From assembly GCA_039030915.1 (NCBI GenBank), contig JBCCDG010000004.1:27102-91101 (forward strand): a stretch of 64,000 nucleotides of DNA, in the 5' to 3' direction. Source of the DNA: Pseudomonadota bacterium (GTDB taxonomy: Bacteria > Pseudomonadota > Alphaproteobacteria > Rhodobacterales > Rhodobacteraceae). The position numbers and the translations under genes are program-made. Positions 9,077 to 19,405 of this stretch are shown one piece after another (within the stretch, counting starts at the first letter, position 1; each line of letters opens with the position of its first letter). A model generated the notes under the pieces. The model was not told the DNA's origin. It searched no databases and saw only the letters and a list, made by a program, of their open reading frames with translations.

Positions 9077-9814
9077 ATGCGCGCGCTCTTCCTCTTCGTC
9101 CTCCTCACGCTCCTCGCCGCCAGCCCGGCGCGCGCCCAGTTCGCGGTCGTCGAGGGTAGCGTCGACTGGCCCGAGGAGACGCGGCTCACCCGCGATACGC
9201 TGATCGAGGTGAGCATCGCCGATATCGGCCGCGGGCCCCTCGGCGCGCGGGAACTCGCGCGCCAGCTCCTCGCTCCCTCGACACGGCCCCTGCCCTTCCG
9301 CCTCGCGGTCGATCCGGCTCTCGCGCCCAAGGGTGGGCAGTACCGCATCACCGCCCGCATGCGCGAGGGACGGAGCACGCTCTACGAAGGCGGCCACGAG
9401 CTTCGCCTCGACCCGGTGCTCGACATCGGCGCACCGGCGATCCGGATGCAGAACCCAGTGCTCGCGGGCCGGCGCGAAGTCTCGCCGTTAGGGCGCCAAT
9501 GGCGGCTGCAGGACTTCACACGGCACGATCTGCCGCCCGTGGCCGTGGTGCTGCTCAAGATCGACGAGGATGGCAGCGTGGACGGCGATACGGGCTGCAA
9601 CCTCTTCACCGCGCGCGCCACTCTCACCGCCGAAACCCTCAGCTTCGCGCCCGCGCGCCTCACCCGCCGCGGCTGTACGCCCGCCCTCGCCGAGACCGAG
9701 CGCCGTTTCCTGAGGCTGCTGCGCGACACCCGCGTCTGGGAGATCCGCGAGCGCACGCTCACGCTCTTCGACGGCTCCGGCCTCGCCCTCGGCAGCTTCC
9801 GCGACGACTTCTGA
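9077..9814 (+). CDS. Secreted YbaY/YscW-like + META (HslJ-like) domain protein
   Basis: Signal peptide ending ASPARA; YbaY-like LIEVSIADI...PLPFRLAVD...YRITAR; META motifs GDTGCNLF and TRRGC.PALAETERRFL. Confidence 0.85.
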   Translation: MRALFLFVLLTLLAASPARAQFAVVEGSVDWPEETRLTRDTLIEVSIADIGRGPLGARELARQLLAPSTRPLPFRLAVDPALAPKGGQYRITARMREGRSTLYEGGHELRLDPVLDIGAPAIRMQNPVLAGRREVSPLGRQWRLQDFTRHDLPPVAVVLLKIDEDGSVDGDTGCNLFTARATLTAETLSFAPARLTRRGCTPALAETERRFLRLLRDTRVWEIRERTLTLFDGSGLALGSFRDDF

Positions 9815-9830
9815 AGCTTCGTCGCCGCTC

Positions 9831-10110
9831 TAGATCGCCCCGGCACGATCTGCTCAGGTGGGGCCGCTCGTTCGAAGGCGGCGGCGGATGTCTTCGTGGC
9901 GAGGGCCTGGCGGGGTCGGCGGCGGTTGTGGGTCTGGGCGCGGTGGCCATCTCGGCGTTCGCCCGGGCGGGGCTCTCGACACACTGGCGATGGGCACAGG
10001 CGGCCTTCGGCGACCGGATCGGCCGTTCCGTCATGCCGTTCGGCCGCGGGAGAGGCCTTGGCGCGCCCTTCGTTCGAGCGATGATGGCGAACAAGGGGTG
10101 GTAACCGCCC
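9831..10110 (-). pseudogene. Degenerate IS3-family transposase (OrfB) 3' end with decayed right end
   Basis: One frame gives PRPNGMTERPIRSPKAACAHRQCVES (compare PQQNGMVERxIRTLKEQCVHRHRFES). The adjacent frame gives HNRRRPRQALATKTSAAAFERAA (compare YNxRRPHQALxMKTPAEAFxLAA). Frameshifted, with no intact ORF. Confidence 0.7.
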
Positions 10111-10355
10111 TCGGCGGCGGTCGCCCCAGGCCATCGTCGTTCAATCCCGTCCTCGATGGCGATACTCATCGCCGCGATCCTCTCCGCAGCCCGAGAAGAC
10201 TTTCACCGGGTCGATACAGCGCCTGCCGACCGCCCGCATGGCCGCCGCCGGGAACAACCCTTCCCGGATATCCCGGTGCGCGATGCAGCAGCGACCACAA
10301 GAAAAGCATCGCGCCGATCAGGCGCGATTCCGCCTGCCTCGATCTCCAGAACGCG

Positions 10356-10384
10356 AAACGCCCCGGCGCGGACACCGGGGCGTT
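10356..10384 (-). terminator. Terminator downstream of pnp
   Basis: Minus strand reads aacgccccggt-gtccg-cgccggggcgttt, a GC-rich hairpin followed by TTT, 30 bp after the pnp stop. Confidence 0.7.
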
Positions 10385-10413
10385 GCAATGGTCTGAGAGG
10401 GAAGGCCCGGAGG

Positions 10414-12549
10414 TCAGCCCTCGGCCTTCTCCTTCTCGATTTCCTTGCCGGTCGCCTGGTCGACGACCTTCATGGAGAGCCGGGTCTTGCCCCGATCGTC
10501 GAAGCCCATGAGCTTGACCTTCACCTCCTGGCCCTCCTTGACGAGGTCCCGGGGGTTGGCGCCGCGCTCGTTGGTCATCTGGGAGATGTGCACCAGGCCG
10601 TCGCGCGCGCCGAAATAGTTAACGAAGGCGCCAAAATCCATGATCTTCACCACCTTGCCGGTGTAGATCGCGCCCACCTCCGGCTCGGCGACGATGCCGT
10701 TGATCATGGCCTTGGCCTTCTCGATGCAGGCGGCGTCCGGCGAGGCGATCTTGATGATCCCGTCGTCGTTGATGTCGACCTTGGCGCCCGACTCCTCGAC
10801 GATGCCGCGGATGACCTTGCCGCCCGAGCCGATCACTTCCCGGATCTTGTCCGTGTTGATCTGCATGGTCTCAATCCGGGGCGCGTGGACCGAGAACTCC
10901 TGGCGCCCGGCAGTGAGGGCCTTGGACATCTCGCCGAGGATGCGCAACCGCCCGTCCTTCGCCTGAGCGAGCGCCTGCTTCATGATGTCGGGCGTGATGC
11001 CCGCCACCTTGATGTCCATCTGCAGCGAGGTGATGCCCGTCTCGGTGCCGGCCACCTTGAAGTCCATGTCTCCGAGATGGTCCTCATCGCCGAGGATGTC
11101 GGTCAGCACCGCGAACTGCCCGTCGTCCTCCAGGATCAGGCCCATGGCCACACCCGCGACCGGCGCCTTCAGCGGCACGCCCGCATCCATCATCGAGAGC
11201 GACCCGCCGCAGACGGAGGCCATCGACGAGGAGCCATTCGACTCCGTGATCTCCGAGACGAGGCGGATCGTGTAGGGAAAGTCCGTCGCCGCCGGCAGCA
11301 CGGCCTGCAAGGCGCGCCAGGCAAGCTTGCCGTGGCCCACTTCGCGCCGTCCCGGCGGGCCCATGCGCCCGGCCTCACCCACCGAATAGGGCGGGAAATT
11401 GTAGTGCAGCAGGAACTTCTCGCGCCAGTCGCCTTCGAGGCTGTCGATGATCTGCTCGTCGTCGCCGGTGCCGAGCGTGGTCACGACCAGGCCCTGCGTC
11501 TCGCCGCGCGTGAAGAGAGCCGAGCCATGCGTCCGCGGCAGTACGCCCACCTCGCTGACGATCGGGCGCACAGTGGTGAGGTCACGCCCGTCAATCCGCT
11601 TGCCGGTCTTGATCACGTCGCCGCGCAGGACCGCGCTCTCGAGCTTCTTGAAGCAGCTCTTGAGGCCCTTGTCCTCGAGCTCCTCCTCCGTGAGCCCTTC
11701 CTTCACCGCCTCGCGCGCCGCGGCGATGGCGTCCTGGCGCTCGAGCTTGTCGGTGATGGCGAAGGCGGCACGCATCTTCTCCTCGCCGAGGCTCCTGACC
11801 TTCTCGTAGAGCGCCGAGTTGTCGGGCGGCTGGAAGTCGAACGGCTCCTTCGCGGCATCTTCCGCGAGCGCGATGATCGCGTCGATGACCGGCTGCATCG
11901 CCTCATGGCCGAAGGTGACGGCGCCCAGCATCTCCTCTTCGGAAAGCTCGTAGGCTTCCGACTCGACCATCATCACCGCGTCCTTGGTGCCGGCGACAAT
12001 GAGGTTGAGGCGCTGGTCCGGGTTCTCGTTCAGCTTCTGCATGTCGTCGACAGCCGGATTCAGCACGTAGTTCCCGTCCACAAAGCCCACGCGCGCCGCG
12101 CCGATGGGCCCCAGGAACGGCGCCCCTGAAAGGGTCAGCGAAGCCGAGGCCGCAATCAGGCCGAGGATGTCGGGGTCGTTTTCGAGGTCGTGGCTCAGCA
12201 CGGTCACGATGACCTGCGTCTCGTTCTTGAAGCCGTCCACGAAGAGCGGACGGATCGGCCGGTCGATCAGACGGGAGGTCAGGACCTCCTTCTCCGTCGG
12301 CTTGGCCTCGCGCTTGAAGAAGCCGCCCGGGATCTTGCCGGCGGCGTAGTACCGCTCCTGATAGTGGACGGTGAGCGGGAAGAAATCGAGGCCCTCCTTG
12401 GGCTTTCTCTCGAAGACCGTGGTGGCGAGCACCGTGGTCTCGCCGATGGTGGCGAGCACCGCGCCATCGGCCTGGCGCGCCATGCGCCCGGTCTCGAGCG
12501 TGAGCGTCTGACCGCCCCACTCGATCTCTTTCTTGACGATATCGAACAT
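10414..12549 (-). CDS. pnp: Polyribonucleotide nucleotidyltransferase (PNPase)
   Basis: Starts [13 protein letters not shown] after an AAGGA RBS; [34 protein letters not shown]; KH and S1 domains. Confidence 0.99.
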   Translation of the reverse strand: MFDIVKKEIEWGGQTLTLETGRMARQADGAVLATIGETTVLATTVFERKPKEGLDFFPLTVHYQERYYAAGKIPGGFFKREAKPTEKEVLTSRLIDRPIRPLFVDGFKNETQVIVTVLSHDLENDPDILGLIAASASLTLSGAPFLGPIGAARVGFVDGNYVLNPAVDDMQKLNENPDQRLNLIVAGTKDAVMMVESEAYELSEEEMLGAVTFGHEAMQPVIDAIIALAEDAAKEPFDFQPPDNSALYEKVRSLGEEKMRAAFAITDKLERQDAIAAAREAVKEGLTEEELEDKGLKSCFKKLESAVLRGDVIKTGKRIDGRDLTTVRPIVSEVGVLPRTHGSALFTRGETQGLVVTTLGTGDDEQIIDSLEGDWREKFLLHYNFPPYSVGEAGRMGPPGRREVGHGKLAWRALQAVLPAATDFPYTIRLVSEITESNGSSSMASVCGGSLSMMDAGVPLKAPVAGVAMGLILEDDGQFAVLTDILGDEDHLGDMDFKVAGTETGITSLQMDIKVAGITPDIMKQALAQAKDGRLRILGEMSKALTAGRQEFSVHAPRIETMQINTDKIREVIGSGGKVIRGIVEESGAKVDINDDGIIKIASPDAACIEKAKAMINGIVAEPEVGAIYTGKVVKIMDFGAFVNYFGARDGLVHISQMTNERGANPRDLVKEGQEVKVKLMGFDDRGKTRLSMKVVDQATGKEIEKEKAEG

Positions 12550-12725
12550 GGTCGTTCCTTGATCTGGCCCGGGCCTCCCCCTGGAGGCGGAACCTTGCGT
12601 CGACGGCCGGCCGGGCCGGTCGCGGCCCCCCGGTTTCAGCCTTCCCGCGATCGGCCGGGGGGCCGGGCCGGGCGGGTCGCGGGCGGGCCCTGTCGCGCGC
12701 ACCGTCCGCTCGTCAGCATGAACAA

Positions 12726-12760
12726 GACGCGGCGCGGAGGCAGACCCCCCGCGCCGCGTC
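12726..12760 (-). terminator. Hairpin terminator/attenuator between rpsO and pnp
   Basis: Perfect 12-bp inverted repeat gacgcggcgcgg ... ccgcgccgcgtc, followed on the minus strand by TTGTT. Confidence 0.7.
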
Positions 12761-12777
12761 GTATCTTCAGTCGGGCA

Positions 12778-13047
12778 TCAGCGCCGAATGCCGAGGCGCT
12801 TGATCAGACCCTGATAGCGCTCCACGTCCTTTGCCTTCACATAGTCGAGCAGCTTGCGGCGCTGGCTGACCATCTTGAGGAGGCCACGGCGGGAGTGGTT
12901 GTCCTTCTTGTGGGTCTTGAAGTGCTCGGTAAGTGTCGTGATCCGATCCGTCAGGATCGCGACCTGCACCTCGGGCGAGCCGGTGTCGCCTTCCTTGGCA
13001 CCATATTCCTTGATGAGCGCTTCCTTGCGCTCGGGCGTGATCGACAT
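12778..13047 (-). CDS. rpsO: 30S ribosomal protein S15
   Basis: MSITPERK...[14 protein letters not shown]...[24 protein letters not shown]; 89 aa; AAAGGAAA RBS. Confidence 0.99.
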   Translation of the reverse strand: MSITPERKEALIKEYGAKEGDTGSPEVQVAILTDRITTLTEHFKTHKKDNHSRRGLLKMVSQRRKLLDYVKAKDVERYQGLIKRLGIRR

Positions 13048-13093
13048 CGGGTTTCCTTTCGGTCGGGGGCCGCACCTCGGCGGTTGCCCGAAT

Positions 13094-14029
13094 TCAGAGG
13101 TTGAAGACCCGGCCCGGTCGGAACTGAAGGCCCGTCCGGGTGCCGATGGCGACGGGCAGAACCTCGCCCGCCCGTTCCTCGGCCGCCCAGCCGGTCGCGC
13201 CCTCGGCCCAGTCCGGCGGAAAATCCGCCGGCTCGAGCACCATGCCGCGCCGCAGCCGGTCCGCTTCCTCCCCCGAGACGGCCAGAGCCGGGATGTCGTC
13301 CAGCCCGGTCGCCACCGGCAGGAGGTGCGCAGACGCGGCCTCTTGCCCGATTTTCTCCCCCGGCGCAAACGAAAACGCGCGCTTCAGCGTCATGGTCCCG
13401 CTCGCCAGCCGGCGAAGCGCGGAGACATGGGCACCGCAGCCGAGCACCCGGCCGAGATCGCGGGCGATCGAGCGCACATAGCCCCCCTTGCCGCAGATCA
13501 TCTCCAGCACCGCGTGATCGGGATCGGGCCTTTCGAGGAGCACCAGGCGCTCCACCGTGAGCGGCCGCGCCCGGAGCTCGGGCAGGGCCTCGGGATCGTC
13601 GAGCGCCGCACGGGCGAGGTCGTAAGCCCGCGTCCCGTCGATCTTGACAGCCGAAAAGGCGGGCGGCACCTGCATGATCGCACCCGTGAAGGCCGGCAGC
13701 GCGGCGCGGATCTCGTCGTCCGAGGGACGTGCCGCACTCTCCGCAAGAACCGCGCCCTCGGCGTCGTCCGTCGTGGTCGCCTGCCCCAGTCGCACGCCGA
13801 AGCGGTACGTTTTCGCCCCTTCCTGCACCAGCGGGATGGTCTTCGTAGCCTCGCCGAAGGCAATCGCCAGAAGGCCCGAGGCCAGCGGATCCAGCGTGCC
13901 CGCATGCCCCGCCTTCTTCGCATCGAGCGCCCGACGGCACATGTTCACGACATCCGATGAGGTTGGCCCCACCGGCTTGTCCACGATCAGCCAGCCATGC
14001 ACGTCCCGCCCGCGCTTGCGCCGCGCCAT
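13094..14029 (-). CDS. truB: tRNA pseudouridine(55) synthase
   Basis: [50 protein letters not shown]. Confidence 0.98.
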   Translation of the reverse strand: MARRKRGRDVHGWLIVDKPVGPTSSDVVNMCRRALDAKKAGHAGTLDPLASGLLAIAFGEATKTIPLVQEGAKTYRFGVRLGQATTTDDAEGAVLAESAARPSDDEIRAALPAFTGAIMQVPPAFSAVKIDGTRAYDLARAALDDPEALPELRARPLTVERLVLLERPDPDHAVLEMICGKGGYVRSIARDLGRVLGCGAHVSALRRLASGTMTLKRAFSFAPGEKIGQEAASAHLLPVATGLDDIPALAVSGEEADRLRRGMVLEPADFPPDWAEGATGWAAEERAGEVLPVAIGTRTGLQFRPGRVFNL

Positions 14030-14274
14030 CGAAGCCTCCCACCGTCAGCGGGTCGCCCGGTAGCCCTGCGGGCTAGGTCAGGTCAAGGATGGCGAACGGC
14101 GCCGCAGGCGCACCTGCCGACTGCTCGGCATGACGCCCGCTCGGACGGCGCGTCCAGCGCCCCGCCTTGGAACCGTGTATCGTGCCGCCGATTTCGGCTC
14201 CGACGCCGCCGGATGGCGGCGGCGGAGCGCAAGATGCGTCGCGCCAGCGACACCGCTTGGCTGAAGAGGCCGCC

Positions 14275-16377
14275 TCAGCGGCCCTCACGGCGCCAGGCGG
14301 CGAGGAAGAGGAGGCCGGTGGCGAGCGCAGCCAGCCAGGCGGGCAGGAGCGGCGTGAGGCGAATGCCGGTGACGCGATAGGCCTCCCGCTCCACGAAGCC
14401 GAGCCAGGAGCGGCCATGGGCACGCCGCCCCTCCGCGACCAGCCTCAGATCCGGCACGCCCCCTTCGACGAGCCATGTGCTGCGACCGCCCGTCTCCTCG
14501 ACCAACGGCGCCAGAGCCTCGCCGCTCGCGATGGGTTCGGCATATTCGCGGGGGCTGGCGGGTCCGACGGCCGCCACCGCGTCCAGCCCGTCCGCGTTGA
14601 ACCGCCAGAGCCCTTCGTCGGCATCCTCGATCCGCGCGCTCCAGCGCCCCGGCCCATCCGCCTGCAGGCTCACCTCCAGAAGCGTGCCGTCCGGCGTGGT
14701 CGCAACCACCAACTCGCCCGGATTCTCCTCGAGGCTGCGGCGCTCGACGACCACGGCACCCGGCTCGGCGCGGGCCATCAGGGCCTCCTCCTCGAGCTCA
14801 GGTTCCTTCATGAGCCAGTGCGCCGTCCGGCGAAGGAGGTCCGCCTGCGGTCCTCCACCCTCATAGCCGCGGGACCAGAGCCAGGCATGGTCCGACGCCA
14901 GCAGCGCGACCCGCCCCTCTCCCACCCGATCGAGGATCAGGAGCGGGCGTTCCTCGTCGCCGGTCATCACCACGTTGCCGCTGCGCTGCGCGACATCGAT
15001 CTGGCGGAGCCAACGGCCCCAGGCCGGCGCCTGCTCGCCCTCGCCGTCAGGCACCATGCCCGACTGCGCCTCCAGCCCCGCCGTCACCGGATGCCGCTCA
15101 CCGACCTCGCTCACCCGCGGCAGGAAGGGACGCTCGATCGCCTCCACCGTCGGCTCCGCCGGCAGAACCCGGCTCAAGGGCGTGCGCGCAAGGCTCTGCG
15201 CACCCGCGAAGGCAGGCCCGGAGGCGACGAACACCGCACCGCCCTCCTCCACGTAGCGCACGATATTCGCGAGATACGCGGTCGCCAGCACGCCCCGCCA
15301 GCGGTACCGGTCGAATACGATGAGGTCGAACCCGTCGATCTTGTCGAGAAAGAGCTCCCGGGTCGGGAAGGCGATCAGCGAGAGCTCGCTCACCGGCGTG
15401 CCGTCCTGCTTCGCGGGCGGGCGAAGAATCGTGAAGTGTATGAGGTCCACCATCGGATCGGACTTCAGCAGGTCGCGCCATGTGCGGCCGCCCGGATGCG
15501 GTTCGCCCGAGACGAGCAGCACGCGGAGCCGGTCCCTGACGCCCGAGACGGTGGAGATGATGCGATTGTTGCGGGTCGTCAGCTCTCCGTCCACCTCGGC
15601 GATGCGAATATCGACCACTGTCGGGCCGCCATGCGTAAGCGGCACCTCAAGCTCGAATTCCTCCCCGACGCGAAGCGCCATCGGCTGCGGCGGGGCGCCG
15701 TCGATGGCGACCTCCGCGATGACGTCCGCGCCGACGCGCCCGGCGGCCTCGCCCAGCACCTCGGCCGCAATGCGGAACGTGACGCTCTCGCCCACGATCC
15801 CGAAGGCCGGCGCGTTGAGGAGCGCGAGGCGAAGGTCGAAGGCATTCGGATCGCCCGCCAGCACCTGATGCACCGGGGCCGGAAAGCGCTCCAGCAACGC
15901 GGCGTCGTGCACGCGGCCATCCGTCAGGAGGATGGCGCCCGCAATCTGATCGGGCGCCACGCGCGCCGCCGCCGCATCGAGCGCGGAGAGAAGGCGGGTG
16001 CCGCGATTGCGCCCGTCATCCTCGGGGTCGAGCTCGATGACGCGCAGCTCGAGCGGTCGGGCGGGCGTAGAAAGTGCGTCCGCCGCCTCAGTCAGCCGCG
16101 CTCGCGCCTCGGCGATGGCGTCAGAACGCTCCTCAAGCGACGTGCTGGCGCTGAGATCGACGACGAGAAAGCCGATATTGGCCAGCCCTTCCCGCTCCTC
16201 GCGCTTCAGCTGCGGGCCCGAGAGGGCGAGCACCAGCACGCCGAGCGCCAGCGCGCGCAGCCACCAGCCTGTGAGCCCGCGGATCCAGGCAAAGCCGACC
16301 GCGGCGAGCGCCAACAGCGCCGCCACGATGATGCCCGCCCAGGGCAGCAGCGGGTCGAAGACAAGGCTCGTCTGCAT
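14275..16377 (-). CDS. Conserved membrane protein with class I GATase-like domain (MoxR operon partner)
   Basis: N-terminal and C-terminal TM helices; ILLTDGRVHD, LRVLLVSGEPHPG.RTWRDLLKSDP.VDLIHFTILRPP, ELSLIAFPTRELF; typical last gene of the alphaproteobacterial MoxR-DUF58 cluster. Confidence 0.85.
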   Translation of the reverse strand: MQTSLVFDPLLPWAGIIVAALLALAAVGFAWIRGLTGWWLRALALGVLVLALSGPQLKREEREGLANIGFLVVDLSASTSLEERSDAIAEARARLTEAADALSTPARPLELRVIELDPEDDGRNRGTRLLSALDAAAARVAPDQIAGAILLTDGRVHDAALLERFPAPVHQVLAGDPNAFDLRLALLNAPAFGIVGESVTFRIAAEVLGEAAGRVGADVIAEVAIDGAPPQPMALRVGEEFELEVPLTHGGPTVVDIRIAEVDGELTTRNNRIISTVSGVRDRLRVLLVSGEPHPGGRTWRDLLKSDPMVDLIHFTILRPPAKQDGTPVSELSLIAFPTRELFLDKIDGFDLIVFDRYRWRGVLATAYLANIVRYVEEGGAVFVASGPAFAGAQSLARTPLSRVLPAEPTVEAIERPFLPRVSEVGERHPVTAGLEAQSGMVPDGEGEQAPAWGRWLRQIDVAQRSGNVVMTGDEERPLLILDRVGEGRVALLASDHAWLWSRGYEGGGPQADLLRRTAHWLMKEPELEEEALMARAEPGAVVVERRSLEENPGELVVATTPDGTLLEVSLQADGPGRWSARIEDADEGLWRFNADGLDAVAAVGPASPREYAEPIASGEALAPLVEETGGRSTWLVEGGVPDLRLVAEGRRAHGRSWLGFVEREAYRVTGIRLTPLLPAWLAALATGLLFLAAWRREGR

Positions 16378-16446
16378 CTCACTCTCCGCGGCCTACCGGC
16401 CGGTTCCTTCTGCCGCCTTCCCGAGCGGCGCCCACAGGCCGGGCGC

Positions 16447-19365
16447 TTACTGGCCCAGGCGCTCCAGCACCGCCGGGGCGTGCACCTGATCCGATTTGTA
16501 ATTGCCTGTCAGGGCGTAGAGCACGAGGTTCACGCCGAAGCGCACTGCCATCTCGCGCTGTCGGTCGCCCGGCCGGCCGACGGGGAACATCGGTCGACCG
16601 CGCTCGTCCACCGCCCAGGCAGACGCCCAATCGGCAGAGCCCACGATGACGGGGCTGACATTGTCGTCCACCCGGTCGAACTGCGGCAGCCCGCTTTCCT
16701 CCGCCCCCGCTTCGCGCCCCTCCGGCGCCGCCTCGGCCCAGACCCGTCCGCCGCGCCAGCGGCCTGGGAAGCTCGAGAGGAGATAGAAGGTGCGCGTGAG
16801 CACATGATCCCCGTCCACCGGGGCAAGAGGGGGCAGATTGAGGGCGCGCGCGACCTGGCGCATCTCCGTTGCCGCCGCGCCGCCGATGCCGCCCGACCCG
16901 CTCTTGGTGTCGATCAGCAGCATGCCGCCGCCTGAGAGGTATCGCTGCAGCCGCTCCAGCGCCACGTCGGTCGGCACCGTCTCCGCGGTCAGGGGCATGT
17001 AGATGACGGAGATAAGGCTCATCTCGTCCCGCTCAGGATCGACGCCCACGGGCTCACCGGGCTCGACCGCCGTGCGCGCGGTCAGCGCCCCGCCGAGGCC
17101 GATCATCGCGCGCTCGCTCACGCGATCGACCGAAGGGACACCGGTCATCACATAGCCGAGCGTCGTCTCTGCCGCCGTCGAGACGTCCTGCGAGACGTTC
17201 TCGGAGCGCTCCTGCGCCCATGCGCTGTGGGGCGATGCCGCAAGCCCTATGCCGAGCGCGAGGAGGAGAGTTGCGGCCGTCGCCGGCCCGCCCTGTCCCC
17301 TGCTGAGACGCGGTAGCCGGCCCGAGAGCCAGAGCGTCGCCAGCGTGTCTATGGCCACCAGCAGGACTGCGATGAGAAGAAGCGGCGCGGCGAGCTTCAG
17401 GCTCTCGACCCCTCCCAGCCGGTCCACCAGCGCCGCCCCCGGTGCAGGCGGAAAGGGGGAAAGGCCGTCACCCTCGCGGTAAAGGTTCACCACAAGGCTT
17501 TCCGCCGCACCGGCCGCCCGCGGTCCGCCATCGGCCCGGAGGTAGATGCCCGGCATCGTCGCTCCGCTCGCAGCACCCTCCCGGATGCCGAGCGCACCGG
17601 CAAGCCGCTCACCGGCCACCGGATCGCGGTTCGCGGGGACCGGCAGCAGCGTGCCGTCGCGCGCCAGCGTCTGGTCGAGGCGCCAGAGCGTGTCCTCCAG
17701 CTCCTCCTCGCTCGGCGCATTGCCGCCGCTTCCCGGCGCCAGTGCCACAAGCTCGCGCAGCATATCGACGAAGAGACCCGAGAGCGGCAGCGACGACCAT
17801 TCGGCGTCCGCGGACACGTGAAAGAGCACGACGCGCCCGTCCTCCCGCTCTGCCGCGGTCACGAGCGGGGTGCCGTCGTCGAGGCTCGCCCAGACCTTGC
17901 CCGCGAGATCCGGGCTCGGCTCGGCCAGCACCTGCGTGCGCACTTCGACCTCCTCGGGCCGCGTGAGCCTGCGGAAGGGTCCCTCCGCCGCGAAGGGGCC
18001 GAGCGTGCGCGGGTCGCCCCAGGCGAGCGCACCGCCGAGCGTTCGCCCGCCGCGACGCAGGCGTACCGGAAGAAGATCGCCCACGCCGGCGCCCACGGCC
18101 GCAGCGCCGCCGGGCGCAAGCGCGCTCGCGGCGACGGCACCGGCAAGGCGCGGGCCGGCAAAGCGGACGAGGAGCCCGCCTTCCTCGACCCAGGCGGTCA
18201 GCGCCTCCTCGGTCTCGGCGCCCATCTCGCCCTGATCGGCCAGGAAGATCGCGGCCGGCGCCATCTCGATCGCCGTGCCAAGCGTGACGCCGTGGACCTC
18301 GGCGGCGGGCAGCAGGGCCTTCGTCAAGTAATGCCGTGCGGAGGTAAGGCGGATGACCTCGCCCTCGCTCGCCGGGTCGACCACCGCCACGCGGACACGG
18401 CGTACGGCACCATCGGCAAGTCCGGTACCGCCCGGGGAGGGCGCCTCAGCCAACGTGATCCGGGCAATCGAGCCCACAAGCTCGGATGGCAGATCGAAGA
18501 CCGCCTCCGCCGCGCGTTCGCCCGGGGCGAAGGCCGCCTCCGCCACCGCGATACGCCGCTCACCCGCCGCCGCGCCGTCATCGCCAGTGACCGCGGCGAT
18601 CGCGACCAGCGTTTCGCTGGCGGAACCGTCATCGCCCGTGCCACCCGCACGGAGCGCTGTCGTCTTGAGCTTCCCATCTTCGAGGCGCGGCGGCAGACCG
18701 GCGCGCGCCGTGGCCGCCGGGCCGATTAGATGCAGCGGCCCGAAATCGAGGAGCCGCTCGGACAGCGCCGCCGTTGCCTCGGCATCATGGCCCAACCCGT
18801 CATGGAGCCAGATCGTCTCTCCCGGCGCGACCGCCGCCGGATCGTCGAGCAGCGTCAGCACCGAGAGCCTGTCCGGCCGCAGCGGCACCGGCTGTGATCC
18901 GTCAAGCGCCGCGCGTGCGGCCGCAGCGGCCATCTGCGGCGGCGGCGCCACGCGACGCTCCGCCGCCCGCCACAGGATGACACTCCGCCCCTCGGCCGCC
19001 GCCTCGTCGATCGCGGCACCCGCGGCGGTCAGCCGATCCTCCCAGTCGGGCGCACTCGCCCAGCCCGCGTCCATCAGGAGGAGGACCGGACCGTCGCCGC
19101 CGCCCGAAAGCCTTTCGGTCGGGTTCAGCACGGGCTGCGCGAAGCCGAGGATCACAGCCGCCACCGCCGCGATACGCAGGGCAAGCAGCCACCACGGCGT
19201 GCGCTCAGCCTCCCGCTCCGGATCCTCCAGGCCGAGGAGGAGCCGCACGCCCGGAAAGAGGGCCGTGCGCGGCGCCGGCGGGATCGCCTTCAGGAGCCAC
19301 CAGAGGATCGGCAGCGCGATGAGCCCGGCAAGGACCGCGGGCGCGAGAAAGCCGAGACCCATCAT
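16447..19365 (-). CDS. BatA N-terminal double-TM + DUF4159 domain protein
   Basis: BatA-like N-terminus F.AP..L.GL.ALPILWWLL...PP; C-terminal DUF4159 HVLTRTFYLL..FPGR and QREMAVRFGVNLVLYALTGNYKSDQVH. Confidence 0.9.
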   Translation of the reverse strand: MMGLGFLAPAVLAGLIALPILWWLLKAIPPAPRTALFPGVRLLLGLEDPEREAERTPWWLLALRIAAVAAVILGFAQPVLNPTERLSGGGDGPVLLLMDAGWASAPDWEDRLTAAGAAIDEAAAEGRSVILWRAAERRVAPPPQMAAAAARAALDGSQPVPLRPDRLSVLTLLDDPAAVAPGETIWLHDGLGHDAEATAALSERLLDFGPLHLIGPAATARAGLPPRLEDGKLKTTALRAGGTGDDGSASETLVAIAAVTGDDGAAAGERRIAVAEAAFAPGERAAEAVFDLPSELVGSIARITLAEAPSPGGTGLADGAVRRVRVAVVDPASEGEVIRLTSARHYLTKALLPAAEVHGVTLGTAIEMAPAAIFLADQGEMGAETEEALTAWVEEGGLLVRFAGPRLAGAVAASALAPGGAAAVGAGVGDLLPVRLRRGGRTLGGALAWGDPRTLGPFAAEGPFRRLTRPEEVEVRTQVLAEPSPDLAGKVWASLDDGTPLVTAAEREDGRVVLFHVSADAEWSSLPLSGLFVDMLRELVALAPGSGGNAPSEEELEDTLWRLDQTLARDGTLLPVPANRDPVAGERLAGALGIREGAASGATMPGIYLRADGGPRAAGAAESLVVNLYREGDGLSPFPPAPGAALVDRLGGVESLKLAAPLLLIAVLLVAIDTLATLWLSGRLPRLSRGQGGPATAATLLLALGIGLAASPHSAWAQERSENVSQDVSTAAETTLGYVMTGVPSVDRVSERAMIGLGGALTARTAVEPGEPVGVDPERDEMSLISVIYMPLTAETVPTDVALERLQRYLSGGGMLLIDTKSGSGGIGGAAATEMRQVARALNLPPLAPVDGDHVLTRTFYLLSSFPGRWRGGRVWAEAAPEGREAGAEESGLPQFDRVDDNVSPVIVGSADWASAWAVDERGRPMFPVGRPGDRQREMAVRFGVNLVLYALTGNYKSDQVHAPAVLERLGQ

Positions 19366-19405
19366 GCCACAGTGCCTCCCAGCGCCCTCATCGCCCGCTC
19401 ACCGC

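Noticed and set aside
10156-12129. 657-aa plus-strand ORF
   Set aside because: Antisense shadow of pnp.
14167-16935. 922-aa plus-strand ORF
   Set aside because: Antisense to the MoxR-operon genes; Arg/Ala-rich with no recognisable domain.
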